Virus record (IMG/VR): IMGVR_UViG_3300044854_000014
Span: 1-46,183 of that record
Reading direction: 5' to 3' (one strand)
DNA length: 46,183 bases
From: a virus
Lineage: Duplodnaviria; Caudoviricetes
The notes beneath the pieces were generated by a model, which saw only the letters and a list, made by a program, of their open reading frames with translations, was not told where the DNA came from and searched no databases. Made by a program: the position numbers and the translations under genes. Shown piece after piece: positions 10,090-18,343 of this stretch. Position 1 is the first letter of the stretch; every line of letters begins with the position of its first letter.

Positions 10090-10100
10090 GCGGTGCGTTG
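10090..10100 (+). promoter_or_regulatory. Late-promoter motif (copy 2), upstream of the lysis cassette
   Basis: GCGGTGCGTTGCTGG; the endolysin ATG at 10152 has an SD (gagga). Confidence 0.75.
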
Positions 10101-10151
10101 CTGGTAAAGCACACATGAGGCGAGGTCTGTCCGAAATCGAGGACGGACCGC

Positions 10152-10781
10152 ATGCAGCCGCGCGTTGTTGACATCAGCCACCACAACGAGGTGAAAGACC
10201 TCAGATTGACTGCTGCGGCGGGCATTTGGGGCGTTATCCACAAGGCCACGCAGGGCCGCGCCTATGCCGATCCGGACTACGCGGTCCGGCGCCAGGCGGC
10301 CAAGGCAGCCGGCCTGCTGTGGGGCGCCTACCATTTCAACACCGGCGATCCGGTCCGGCTCCAGGTCGACAACTTCCTGACCAAGGCGCAGCCCGACGAC
10401 GAGACGCTGCTGGTGCTCGACTACGAGGACAATCGCCCCTCGCAGATGAACATCGAGCAGGCGGTCGATTTCCTGCGGCTGCTCGAGCAAAAGGTCGGTC
10501 GCAAGGGAGCGATCTATTCCGGCAACCGGATCAAGGAAACGATCGCCGCGCTCGGCAAGGACGAGCAGGCCTACCTGACCTCGCACCGGCTCTGGCTCTG
10601 CCAGTACGGTACGATTCCGCGGCTGCCCAACGGCTTCCCGAAATACTGGCTCTGGCAATACACCGGGGACGGCATCGGCCCCCGGCCGCACAATGTGCCC
10701 GGAATTGTCGCCGGCAATGGCGGAATCGACCTCAACACCTACGACGGCTCCCGTGAGCAGCTGCAGAAGGAATGGGCCTAA
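10152..10781 (+). CDS. Endolysin, glycoside hydrolase family 25 muramidase
   Basis: VDISHHN, HKATQG, GAYHF, LDYE, LWLCQY, WLWQYT and IDLN motifs. Confidence 0.95.
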   Translation: MQPRVVDISHHNEVKDLRLTAAAGIWGVIHKATQGRAYADPDYAVRRQAAKAAGLLWGAYHFNTGDPVRLQVDNFLTKAQPDDETLLVLDYEDNRPSQMNIEQAVDFLRLLEQKVGRKGAIYSGNRIKETIAALGKDEQAYLTSHRLWLCQYGTIPRLPNGFPKYWLWQYTGDGIGPRPHNVPGIVAGNGGIDLNTYDGSREQLQKEWA

Positions 10782-11134
10782 TGAAGCTCGGCGACCTCAC
10801 CCTAATCCAGATCCTCGGCATCATCCTGATCGTCAACGGCGCGCTTACCGGCTCGCTGAATGAGATGACGGACCTCCTCGGCGCCGGTCTGGCGAAGCAC
10901 ATCGTGTCCATCTGCACGATCGGATCGAGCGTTTGCGGCGGCCTCGTCACGATGTTCGGCGGCCAGAGCACGCAGGTTCGCAACGTCATGGCCATGCCGG
11001 GCGTCGAAAGCATCAAGGTCAACGGTCAGGCCAATCAGGCACTTTCCCGCCTCGCGGTCGATCCTGACGAGCCGAAGATCGAAGCAACCCTGGCCGCCAA
11101 GGCCACCGTTTCAGCCACCGCTACTGGAGCCTGA
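10781..11134 (+). CDS. Putative holin (two TM segments)
   Basis: Two hydrophobic helices and a charged C-terminus; coupled to the endolysin. Confidence 0.6.
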   Translation: MKLGDLTLIQILGIILIVNGALTGSLNEMTDLLGAGLAKHIVSICTIGSSVCGGLVTMFGGQSTQVRNVMAMPGVESIKVNGQANQALSRLAVDPDEPKIEATLAAKATVSATATGA

Positions 11135-11135
11135 C

Positions 11136-11651
11136 ATGCCCCGCATGCTCGTTCGAATCCTTCTCCTCACTTTTCTGCCTTTCGCTGCTCTCGCATGCGC
11201 TCCGGCGCAGGCTCAGACGAGGCTCAAGCTCCCGATCGACCCGCTCGGCCTCAACGAGCGGCCGTCCGTAGGCCGCAGCGGCAGCCCGCTGGAGGACATC
11301 GTCGGCGCGCTGGACGCCAAGCTGCTGCCCGATCTGCAGTATGCCCTGAAGCTCGCGCAGGCCTCCGGCAGCAAGGTCACGGCGCCCTGCTATCAGGCGT
11401 GGATCGACATCATTCAGGTCCGCCAGAAGGCCGTCCAGGACGACAAGGGCCAGGACATGCAGATGCCGGATCCTGCGATCGTGACGAAGTTCGAGAAGCT
11501 GGTCGAGCTCCGCAATTCGCTGCAGCCGGATTCGGAGTTCATGATCAAGTGCTCGCCGGTCGCGAGCATGGTCAAGAAGGACATCGTCGGCTTCATCGGC
11601 ATCGTGATCTCCGGCGGTGCCGGGCTCGCGACGCTGGTCCCTGGCCTCTGA
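11136..11651 (+). CDS. Exported protein with a C-terminal TM segment; candidate spanin
   Basis: Signal peptide ending ...FAALAC/AQA; C-terminal IVGFIGIVISGGAGLATLVPGL; inside the lysis cassette. Confidence 0.45.
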   Translation: MPRMLVRILLLTFLPFAALACAPAQAQTRLKLPIDPLGLNERPSVGRSGSPLEDIVGALDAKLLPDLQYALKLAQASGSKVTAPCYQAWIDIIQVRQKAVQDDKGQDMQMPDPAIVTKFEKLVELRNSLQPDSEFMIKCSPVASMVKKDIVGFIGIVISGGAGLATLVPGL

Positions 11652-11800
11652 ATGCAAGCGGGCCGAACTGTCGCGCGAACGGCAGTCCGACCCTCACCAC
11701 CAGAAGAAGGGGCCTCCTGATGGCTAGCCGCGATCCAACCACAACCGTTGAGCGAGTTCTAACCGCTTACGTGCGCACCCGTGAAAATAGTTAAGGTGCG

Positions 11801-12187
11801 GTGATGCAGCCACAGGAAACTGGCTTCGACTGGTGGCACGCTCTGTCCGGGATGGTCGGTGCCACCGTCGGAGCAGGGTCAACACTGCTGACGTGGATTA
11901 TCAGGGCCGCACGCATGGAGCCGACAATCAGAGCCGAAATCGTAGCCGCAGAGCAACGGGTCGAGCAGAAAATCGACGACAAGATCGACCAGGAGATCGG
12001 CCACTTCCGAGAGACGCTCTCCGGCATGCGCGAGAAGATGAATGAGATCGAGCGCGAGGCCGACCGTGAATTCGTCCGCAAAGGGGATTTTGCCGACTTC
12101 CGCAGGGAAAACCGTGAGGACATGCGGGATCTGAAGAACAACGTCGCCCGCATACTCGGCATCCTCGGAGGGCAGCAGCAGCAATGA
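11801..12187 (+). CDS. Single-TM coiled-coil membrane protein (lysis-cassette associated)
   Basis: N-terminal TM followed by a charged coiled coil. Confidence 0.6.
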   Translation: MMQPQETGFDWWHALSGMVGATVGAGSTLLTWIIRAARMEPTIRAEIVAAEQRVEQKIDDKIDQEIGHFRETLSGMREKMNEIEREADREFVRKGDFADFRRENREDMRDLKNNVARILGILGGQQQQ

Positions 12188-12624
12188 ACCGGCGTCTCCC
12201 ACCATGGCCCCGCGCGGTGCTCATCTACTTCGGGACGCTGATCCTGCTGGTGGTCGCCATGCTCATCGTGCACTTCGCCACGGCGCACGCCCGCGACCTC
12301 GGTCAGTGGGAGACATCAGACCCAACAGTCCGAGAATGGTATAAGGGCCTCATGCAGCCGGACAATCCGACCGCATCCTGTTGCGGCGAATCTGACGCCT
12401 ATTGGGCCGATGAGATCCATGTCCGCAATGGCAAGACCTATGCCGTGGTGACGGACGATCGCGATGACGGCCCGCTGCGTCGTCCTCATGTTCCGAGCGG
12501 GACAGAGATCGAAGTCCCGAACCACAAGCTCAAATGGGACAGGGGCAACCCGACAGGCCACGGCGTCCTATTCATGAGCCCTGGCGGGTACGTGTTCTGC
12601 TATGTCCAGCCGGGCGGGGCGTGA
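12184..12624 (+). CDS. Exported Cys-containing hypothetical protein
   Basis: Signal peptide ending AHA|RDLGQW; CCGESD and terminal FCYV motifs. Confidence 0.7.
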   Translation: MNRRLPPWPRAVLIYFGTLILLVVAMLIVHFATAHARDLGQWETSDPTVREWYKGLMQPDNPTASCCGESDAYWADEIHVRNGKTYAVVTDDRDDGPLRRPHVPSGTEIEVPNHKLKWDRGNPTGHGVLFMSPGGYVFCYVQPGGA

Positions 12625-12636
12625 CGGTCACTTGGG

Positions 12637-12798
12637 CTAAAACCCGCCCGTAGCTACGACCAATGTCGTAAAAATAGCGCATGCGCAAATGAATCCAGAA
12701 CACCAGGCTGCGAGCCTGCCATGTCGAGTGGCCATGGCTGGCGCTGTTGCGGCAAAGGCAAACCAGAGAATTATCGGACTGATCCAGTAGCCGGACAT
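12637..12798 (-). CDS. Small hydrophobic protein (53 aa)
   Basis: Hand-translated MSGYWISPIILWFAFAATAPAM...AIFTTLVVATGGF; SD aaagga; below the ORF-track cutoff. Confidence 0.45.
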   Translation of the reverse strand: MSGYWISPIILWFAFAATAPAMATRHGRLAAWCSGFICACAIFTTLVVATGGF

Positions 12799-12843
12799 TT
12801 TCTATCCTTTGGGCAGAGTGACGGGAAGGCAGCGCAACGCGCC

Positions 12844-12924
12844 CTAGCCAAACCACCACTGCAACAGCAACCCCACCGGCACGACGACCAGCAGTCCGAG
12901 GAGGAAGCGGCGGGGAGGGTTCAT
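12844..12924 (-). CDS. 26-aa single-TM peptide
   Basis: MNPPRRFLLGLLVVVPVGLLLQWWFG; ATGA-coupled to the HigA-like gene. Confidence 0.35.
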   Translation of the reverse strand: MNPPRRFLLGLLVVVPVGLLLQWWFG

Positions 12925-13193
12925 GGCGATGTTTCGCGCTCAGCGCTGCGCCAGGCTCGATCGATCTGAATCCAGTAACTGGCCGTGCCACCAAACAGAA
13001 GGGCCAGATCGGCAGCCGTACCGGGGTCCATGATCAATTCTTTGTCGTCGGCATATGCGGCAAGGTCAAATGCGCAGCATCGCACGGGATCATTCCCGAG
13101 CCGGCCGTGGACATCCGCATCGGACCATCCTCGCTCCGACATCTCGTCTCTGATAATTTCCCCTGGCGGGAAAACCTCAGCCAGAGCCCTCAT
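12921..13193 (-). CDS. HigA-like HTH antitoxin-type protein
   Basis: FPPGEIIRDEMSERGWS...TAADLALLFGGTASYWIQID matches the HigA/VapI pattern (HPGE.L...A..L...FG.S...W..LQ). Confidence 0.7.
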   Translation of the reverse strand: MRALAEVFPPGEIIRDEMSERGWSDADVHGRLGNDPVRCCAFDLAAYADDKELIMDPGTAADLALLFGGTASYWIQIDRAWRSAERETSP

Positions 13194-13202
13194 CGTTCCT
13201 CC

Positions 13203-13388
13203 TCAGCGCGCTGATTGGCCATCTGCGTGCATGAATTCCTCGTGCGCACGGCGGCGGTCAACTCCCCAGCCGTGCCACATCTGCCACTCGCGCCATTCCT
13301 TGGTGCATTTTTCATAGGGGCATAGGCGAGGATCGTCGCCGCGAAGTCCAGCGTGGTATCCGTCGAGCATGGGTTGTGTGTCACTCAT
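13203..13388 (-). CDS. Ribosome modulation factor (Rmf/CrpP-fold)-like peptide
   Basis: GYHAGLRG...CPY...W..W.GW resembles the RMF core GYQAGIAG...CPY...W..GW. Confidence 0.6.
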   Translation of the reverse strand: MSDTQPMLDGYHAGLRGDDPRLCPYEKCTKEWREWQMWHGWGVDRRRAHEEFMHADGQSAR

Positions 13389-14088
13389 CGGTCAACTGCG
13401 TAACGTAGCCAGACATAGATTAGCCAATCCAGCGGCCCAAGAGCCTCCGTTATCTTTAGTCGCCGCTTCGTCTCGAATGCGGATCAGGGCCGCACGCATC
13501 TGGCGGATGTTGTTTTCAAGCTTTTGAGCTTCAGTCACGATCGCTCTCCATTCGTCTGCGCCACCAGGCGCTCCAGCTTTCGAATCCGCTCCTCAAGCTC
13601 GACAACCTTCTGCTCGAGGGACTTTCTGCGATCACTTGCGCTACAGGTGCAGCCGTCAGGGCCATAGATTGCGGCCCCCATGCATCCTGGCACATGGAAG
13701 CGGCCGATTTTCTTATCTGTAGCCCAATAGCATTTCACGGCGTTGTCTACTGATAACCGAGCAACCATCCTGCGATGGTAACGGCGACGGCTGAGACAAC
13801 AGCCAGCCAAAGTATTAGATTTTGCATTGTCGCTCCTTATTGATCAGTGCCGGATGGGCAGGGCTGATTGACCTTGATCGTCACGTTGCCGTTTCCATCA
13901 AGCGTCACCACCGTGATCCCGATCATGGGAAACGGGATGTTGACCGGCAGGAAGCGAGGCGATGGAACCGGAGCAAGATAAGGTGCTTGCTCCGGCGCAC
14001 AACCATGGAATGGCCAGCACATATTTTGCTGAACGCATTTTTGCCCTGTCTTTTGGCAAATCAAACCCATCTCATCGCTCCTCTGCAT

Positions 14089-14445
14089 TCATCGCTTGGC
14101 ACGCGCTTCAGCGGCCCTGGCATCATGGATGTTGCGCCACGGCTCAAAAAAGAGTTCGGCCAATTCTCCGCCGTCAAAGGCCGCATTGAGGATCTCATCA
14201 GCGGCCGGCGCCCTTTTGGCGATGGTCCCCTGGTCAGTCTCCTCGCCATAGGCCAGGTCTTCCATTTCGGCCGGCGTGAGTTGAAGCAGTTCGTCCTCCG
14301 CGATCCTGGCGCGGGTTTCCCATGCGTCAGGGATGATGGCCGAACCGACCGGGCTGGCGCCGTTGTCGAGTCCGAGAAGCTCGATCACGCGATATACTCG
14401 GGGGAGTTCTGAAAGGATCATGGTCCTATCCTCGCTGGAGGGCAT
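14089..14445 (-). CDS. Hypothetical phage protein
   Basis: ORF in the coupled early-left gene string. Confidence 0.55.
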   Translation of the reverse strand: MPSSEDRTMILSELPRVYRVIELLGLDNGASPVGSAIIPDAWETRARIAEDELLQLTPAEMEDLAYGEETDQGTIAKRAPAADEILNAAFDGGELAELFFEPWRNIHDARAAEARAKR

Positions 14446-14683
14446 CGAGCGCCGGCATGTCGGGCGCCTTGTGCCTCGGCCACGCCTCCATTGCGTCAGC
14501 CTGCTTTTGCGTTGCGAATAGAATGCTGACGTCGCCCTGATCCAGGGCTACCAGGTGGGCATAATATCGCAGCGTTGCTGCCGCATGCTTGTCCTGGGCT
14601 CTGAGCAGGAACACGGGCTCATCCTCCGGGATCAGGCCGGCGGGATCTTGGATGCGATTGTAATCGTCTCGTGCGTGTTTCAT
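14426..14683 (-). CDS. Conserved hypothetical phage protein (DEPVFLLRAQD motif)
   Basis: Recognisable small phage protein motif; SD gaggatag. Confidence 0.7.
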   Translation of the reverse strand: MKHARDDYNRIQDPAGLIPEDEPVFLLRAQDKHAAATLRYYAHLVALDQGDVSILFATQKQADAMEAWPRHKAPDMPALDALQRG

Positions 14684-14713
14684 GGTTCTATCCTCGATAA
14701 AGGGCTGAGAGCG

Positions 14714-15178
14714 TCAGGCGCGGCCGGGCGGCGGGAGCAGGGCGAGCATCTGACCGCCGGCGTAGGCTTCGGCGATCCGCGGCTTGATGTGCGTCGCAAC
14801 CGTCTGGCCGTCCGGCATGACGATGTGCGCCAGGAACTCATCCTCGAACGCCGTGATCCCGGACTCGACGGCCTCGAACTTGGCTTTGATGACCAGCGCC
14901 AGCGCCCGCCAGCGCTGCCGGCAAGCCTGCTCCCACTTCTCCGCGCGCTTCGGCTGGCTCAACACAGAGCCACGGCCGTCCCGCTGGAACTGCTTCTCGG
15001 TGATGTCCGGCAGTTTGAGCTCGAACATGACGCGACGGCCACTGGCCGCAAAGCAGACGATCGCGCGGCCTGGCGCGCTCATGAACGCCGTGCTGGTCGC
15101 ACCGTAGCGGGTGATCATCTTCTCGATCTCGGCGCGGGACTTTTCGACCGAGACGGTCGTGCCCTCTGCGAATGCCAT
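14714..15178 (-). CDS. Conserved hypothetical phage protein
   Basis: AEGTTVSVEKSRAEIE...RQRWRALALVIKAKFEAVESGITAFEDEFLAHIVMPDG is a common phage family pattern. Confidence 0.8.
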   Translation of the reverse strand: MAFAEGTTVSVEKSRAEIEKMITRYGATSTAFMSAPGRAIVCFAASGRRVMFELKLPDITEKQFQRDGRGSVLSQPKRAEKWEQACRQRWRALALVIKAKFEAVESGITAFEDEFLAHIVMPDGQTVATHIKPRIAEAYAGGQMLALLPPPGRA

Positions 15179-15198
15179 CGTCGTCTCCATAAGCCGCG

Positions 15199-15501
15199 CT
15201 ATGCGGCTGGTTGCCGTAAGGTCTCGATCGTTCGGATGGTCCGCTCAATGCTGGGGCCGAGGAACGCTCGGTTGCCGCCGGCCTCCCAGCCCTTGAGCTG
15301 TTGCTCGAGCGTCGAGAGCAGGGGCTGCAGATCCGGGGCCGCGGTCGGTCGGTACTGCTTCAGGATGCGGCGCAGCTCGGGAACGTCCAGGGAACCTGGC
15401 TGTGTCAAATTCGTGCCAATTTGGCTGCGAGTTGCTTCAATGTTCACGCAAGAGGCTGCATCAACCTGCAAGTCCGGATCGCTACATCCTTCTGTAGACA
15501 T
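15199..15501 (-). CDS. Hypothetical protein whose 5' end spans the putative attP core
   Basis: Strong SD aaaggggag before ATG 15501; the true start could be further downstream. Confidence 0.4.
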   Translation of the reverse strand: MSTEGCSDPDLQVDAASCVNIEATRSQIGTNLTQPGSLDVPELRRILKQYRPTAAPDLQPLLSTLEQQLKGWEAGGNRAFLGPSIERTIRTIETLRQPAA

Positions 15502-15628
15502 TGGTTTTTCTCCCCTTTTCCAAAAACGCCACGGCCCCCGGCAGGGGACACGGTAAAATTCAGATTGTCCCGTTCTTCCGGGCAGTTACGACCTTCTCGG
15601 ATTCCGGCTGTGCCACTTTCGTGTCAAA
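15398..15628. other. Putative attP: arm-type repeats flanking an inverted-repeat core
   Basis: ggctGTGTCAaattcGTGCCA (15398-15418) and ggctGTGCCActttcGTGTCA (15606-15626) flank CTACA-tccttc-TGTAG (15482-15497), just downstream of int. Confidence 0.6.
15522..15552 (-). terminator. Possible intrinsic terminator after the integrase
   Basis: Minus strand ccgtgtcccc-tgcc-gggggccgtgg followed by cgttttt. Confidence 0.4.
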
Positions 15629-16561
15629 CAGACGATCAACCACCGAGGGGTCTTCGCTCGCGTGCCCATAGGTCTCGAACACCAAGCGGGCCGACTTCCA
15701 CCCGCCGCGCTTTGCCACCGTAGGCACGTCCACGCCGGCCCTGATGAGGCTTGTAGCGAAGCCGTGCCGGCAGGCATGGAACGACAACGAAGGCAGCCCA
15801 GCGCGCTTGCAGGCCGTCAGCCACGCTTTGATGCCGGCCGAGCGGTTGAGATAGAAGAACGGCCCGCGGCCAGGGTGACGGTCGAGGTTTGCCATGGCAG
15901 CGACGACTTCAGGCTGCAGCCGCGCCAGCCGCTCGGTCTTCTGCTTGCGCTGGCCGATCAGCACAGTTCCGGCTTGCAAATCGACGTCGGGCCAGCGGAC
16001 GCGGAGCGCCTCGGAGATCCGAGCGCCAGTGCCGAACATGAACAGGGCGAGCGCGCCAAGATGCGGCGGCGCCTTCTTTGCGAAGGCCCTGACCCATTCC
16101 AGCGTCACCGGGGTCTTTTCCTTCTTCTCGACCTCGAACCGCTTGACCCGGATTGGCGAGCAGAGGCCCAGCTCGGCGCAGTGGTTGATCACGGCCTGGA
16201 CTGGAACGATCACCTGGCGGTTGCGCGTCGGCGCCGCGGCGGTCGGATAGATCGCGATCGCGGCCTGCTTGATCAGGCCCGGCGTGATGTCCTTCACCAG
16301 CACGTCCTTGAAATGCGCACGCGGCAGGTTCAGGAATCGGTCGGTCTTCTCGGCGGCCAGATAATGCTTCACCGCGTCATCGAACGTCAGGACTGAGGCG
16401 GGACCATCGGCACGACATTTCCAGGCTTTGGCTTCGACCTGGGCCGCAAACGTGAGCGCGGCTTCCCTGGTCTCAAGACCTGTAGAACCGCGAAGTCTTT
16501 GGCCCGAGACCGTTCCTCGGAAGTGATAGACTTTGCCACGTCGGTAGACTTTGAGGGGCAT
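15560..16561 (-). CDS. int: Tyrosine recombinase/integrase
   Basis: TGARISE (R), FHACRHGFAT (HxxR), GGWKS (W) and FETYGH (Y); N-terminal arm-binding segment. Confidence 0.95.
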   Translation of the reverse strand: MPLKVYRRGKVYHFRGTVSGQRLRGSTGLETREAALTFAAQVEAKAWKCRADGPASVLTFDDAVKHYLAAEKTDRFLNLPRAHFKDVLVKDITPGLIKQAAIAIYPTAAAPTRNRQVIVPVQAVINHCAELGLCSPIRVKRFEVEKKEKTPVTLEWVRAFAKKAPPHLGALALFMFGTGARISEALRVRWPDVDLQAGTVLIGQRKQKTERLARLQPEVVAAMANLDRHPGRGPFFYLNRSAGIKAWLTACKRAGLPSLSFHACRHGFATSLIRAGVDVPTVAKRGGWKSARLVFETYGHASEDPSVVDRLFDTKVAQPESEKVVTARKNGTI

Positions 16562-16728
16562 GGCTTGGCAGCCTCCAGGAGGGCGGTAACGTCTTGCGGG
16601 AGAAGGACCATACGATTACCAAAAATTCGGCACGCGCCAAGCTCTCTCGCCCGCTCGCGCACACGTCTTTCCGACCAACCGTATTGCTTGGCGAACTCGG
16701 CGGGCGAGATGGGCTCGGGCAGGCTCAT
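16387..16728 (-). CDS. Putative excisionase overlapping the start of int
   Basis: Short wHTH-like N-terminus (SPAEFAKQYGWSERRVRERAR) directly upstream of and overlapping int. Confidence 0.65.
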   Translation of the reverse strand: MSLPEPISPAEFAKQYGWSERRVRERARELGACRIFGNRMVLLPQDVTALLEAAKPCPSKSTDVAKSITSEERSRAKDFAVLQVLRPGKPRSRLRPRSKPKPGNVVPMVPPQS

Positions 16729-16864
16729 GGGTCTGCTCGCTCTGCTTGAGGCAGTGAGCGCCGGTTCATGGCGCTATCCTTTAGGATCTCAGTGTAGAGC
16801 TTCATGGTCAGCCCTAGCACACCGAGGTTGATCGCAAGAACGGCAAGGTTCGCATACAGCGTGC

Positions 16865-17342
16865 TCACTTGGGCGCTCCTCCCACAACAGCGCCATTAAT
16901 CTGATCGATGCGCTCCTGAAACAGGCGATGACATTCGCGCTCAGCTCGATGACGCCGAGCATTGGCGCGGGCCATGGTGCTCTCGGCCTCATTCCAGAGG
17001 ATACGAGCTTCTTCCATCTCGATCCGCGCGGCTTCGTATCTCTTGTTCCAATCAGTCACGGACAATCTCCTGGGGTGAGCGATGCGGCAATCTCACGTAG
17101 CTTCCCATTGGAGATTTGCCGGACTCGTCCTCCAGCAGCGACACCGGCACCGTAAAGAAACCCTCCCTGCCGTCGCAAACGCAGGGGATCGTCTCAGTGT
17201 CGAGATACATCATGTCGTCGCGATCAAGGCCGTAGGTATGGCCCGTAAATCGCTCGACCATTTCGCCAGCCAGAAACTCACGCGGTAGCGCCGACCAATC
17301 GCTGGGGCCAGCAGGCTTCTTGAAGAAATACGTCTTGGTCAT
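16865..17342 (-). CDS. Two small hypothetical proteins (16865-17065 and 17052-17342)
   Basis: Coupled ORFs in the early-left operon. Confidence 0.5.
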
Positions 17343-17672
17343 CTACTTCCCCTGTGCTCGTTGATGCGAAGTCAGCGCCTCAGCGCGGATTCTTCTAATG
17401 CAAAGTTCAAGGCCAAGAACATTGAGCGCCGCATTAAACGTCACGATCGAAGGGTTTCGATTGTTTCGCCAATCAGAAATAGCAACGCGGCTTACGCCAG
17501 CCCGTTCTGCAATTTCCTGCAGAGTAGTCATTTGCTTGTTTGCTTCCGCAATAAACGCGACAACCAGTGGATGGCAATGCGGTCCAGCTTTGATGCGGCC
17601 CCGCCAGCGATGCCACTGCCGAGGTATGTCACGACGGCTGCGCTCTGATTTTACGATCGCCCAAATTGTCAT
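17343..17672 (-). CDS. XRE-type HTH DNA-binding protein
   Basis: TLQEIAERAGVSRVAISDW...NPSIVTFNAALNVLGLEL. Confidence 0.75.
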   Translation of the reverse strand: MTIWAIVKSERSRRDIPRQWHRWRGRIKAGPHCHPLVVAFIAEANKQMTTLQEIAERAGVSRVAISDWRNNRNPSIVTFNAALNVLGLELCIRRIRAEALTSHQRAQGK

Positions 17673-18343
17673 GCCAACTCCAATTGCTCGGGGCGGCGTT
17701 CCCATGTCGCGCCACATTGGATCGCGTCCCAACGGTCAGCCATCATGCGCGGCGTGTTCTGCGGACGATTGTGGTTTTGAGCGATGTCGGTGCTATCGAC
17801 GGAGGCAAAGGGCCAACTGCGGCCAACGCACTGCATTCCCCGCAGCATGTGAAGCCAAGGCATGTGCTTGCGGGCGACCCGGTTGAACACCTCGTCCATC
17901 CGGCGTTCCCACGGAGCAGACAGGACCACGGCATATTCGGCGGTCGAGCCGACACAGACCCGCGGCCACTCGTCTACAAGCTTCGCCAAGCGATCCAGGG
18001 GCTCGTCCATGTGCCAGACCGGCGCACCGCGGTATTTGAACGGCCATTCTCGGATCATCGCGTCCTGAAGCTGGGAGCCACCATCAATCACGTCGGGAAT
18101 CACCGCCCATGTCGTCGGGAAAGCCAGCCACTGCTCGCACCACTCATAGAAAGCGTTCCAATCCGTTTCTTTCCCTGACTTCCATTTCGAATATGCGCCG
18201 TTGTCGAGCATCACGGATTGCCCGATCTGATGAGCACGAGCCACGTCATCCGGCCGAGCGTGGGAGACGCAGAAGTGGCGCCCCGCCAACTCGTAGAGAG
18301 CTGTCAAAGGTGTGATCGGGGTGCCGTGGTAGTGGATGGTCAC
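17669..18343 (-). CDS. TGT/DpdA-like (queuine tRNA-ribosyltransferase-fold) protein
   Basis: MLDNGAYS, IPDVIDG, APVWH, VCVGS, HMLRG and SVDST recall TGT-fold motifs (DSGGF, PV.H, H.LG, S.DS). Confidence 0.55.
   Translation of the reverse strand: MTIHYHGTPITPLTALYELAGRHFCVSHARPDDVARAHQIGQSVMLDNGAYSKWKSGKETDWNAFYEWCEQWLAFPTTWAVIPDVIDGGSQLQDAMIREWPFKYRGAPVWHMDEPLDRLAKLVDEWPRVCVGSTAEYAVVLSAPWERRMDEVFNRVARKHMPWLHMLRGMQCVGRSWPFASVDSTDIAQNHNRPQNTPRMMADRWDAIQCGATWERRPEQLELA

Noticed and set aside
15532-15552. ggcccccggcaggggacacgg as a fourth capsid-leader hairpin or tRNA fragment
   Set aside because: The outer stem does not pair on the + strand and there is no T-arm or CCA; it fits better as a minus-strand terminator.
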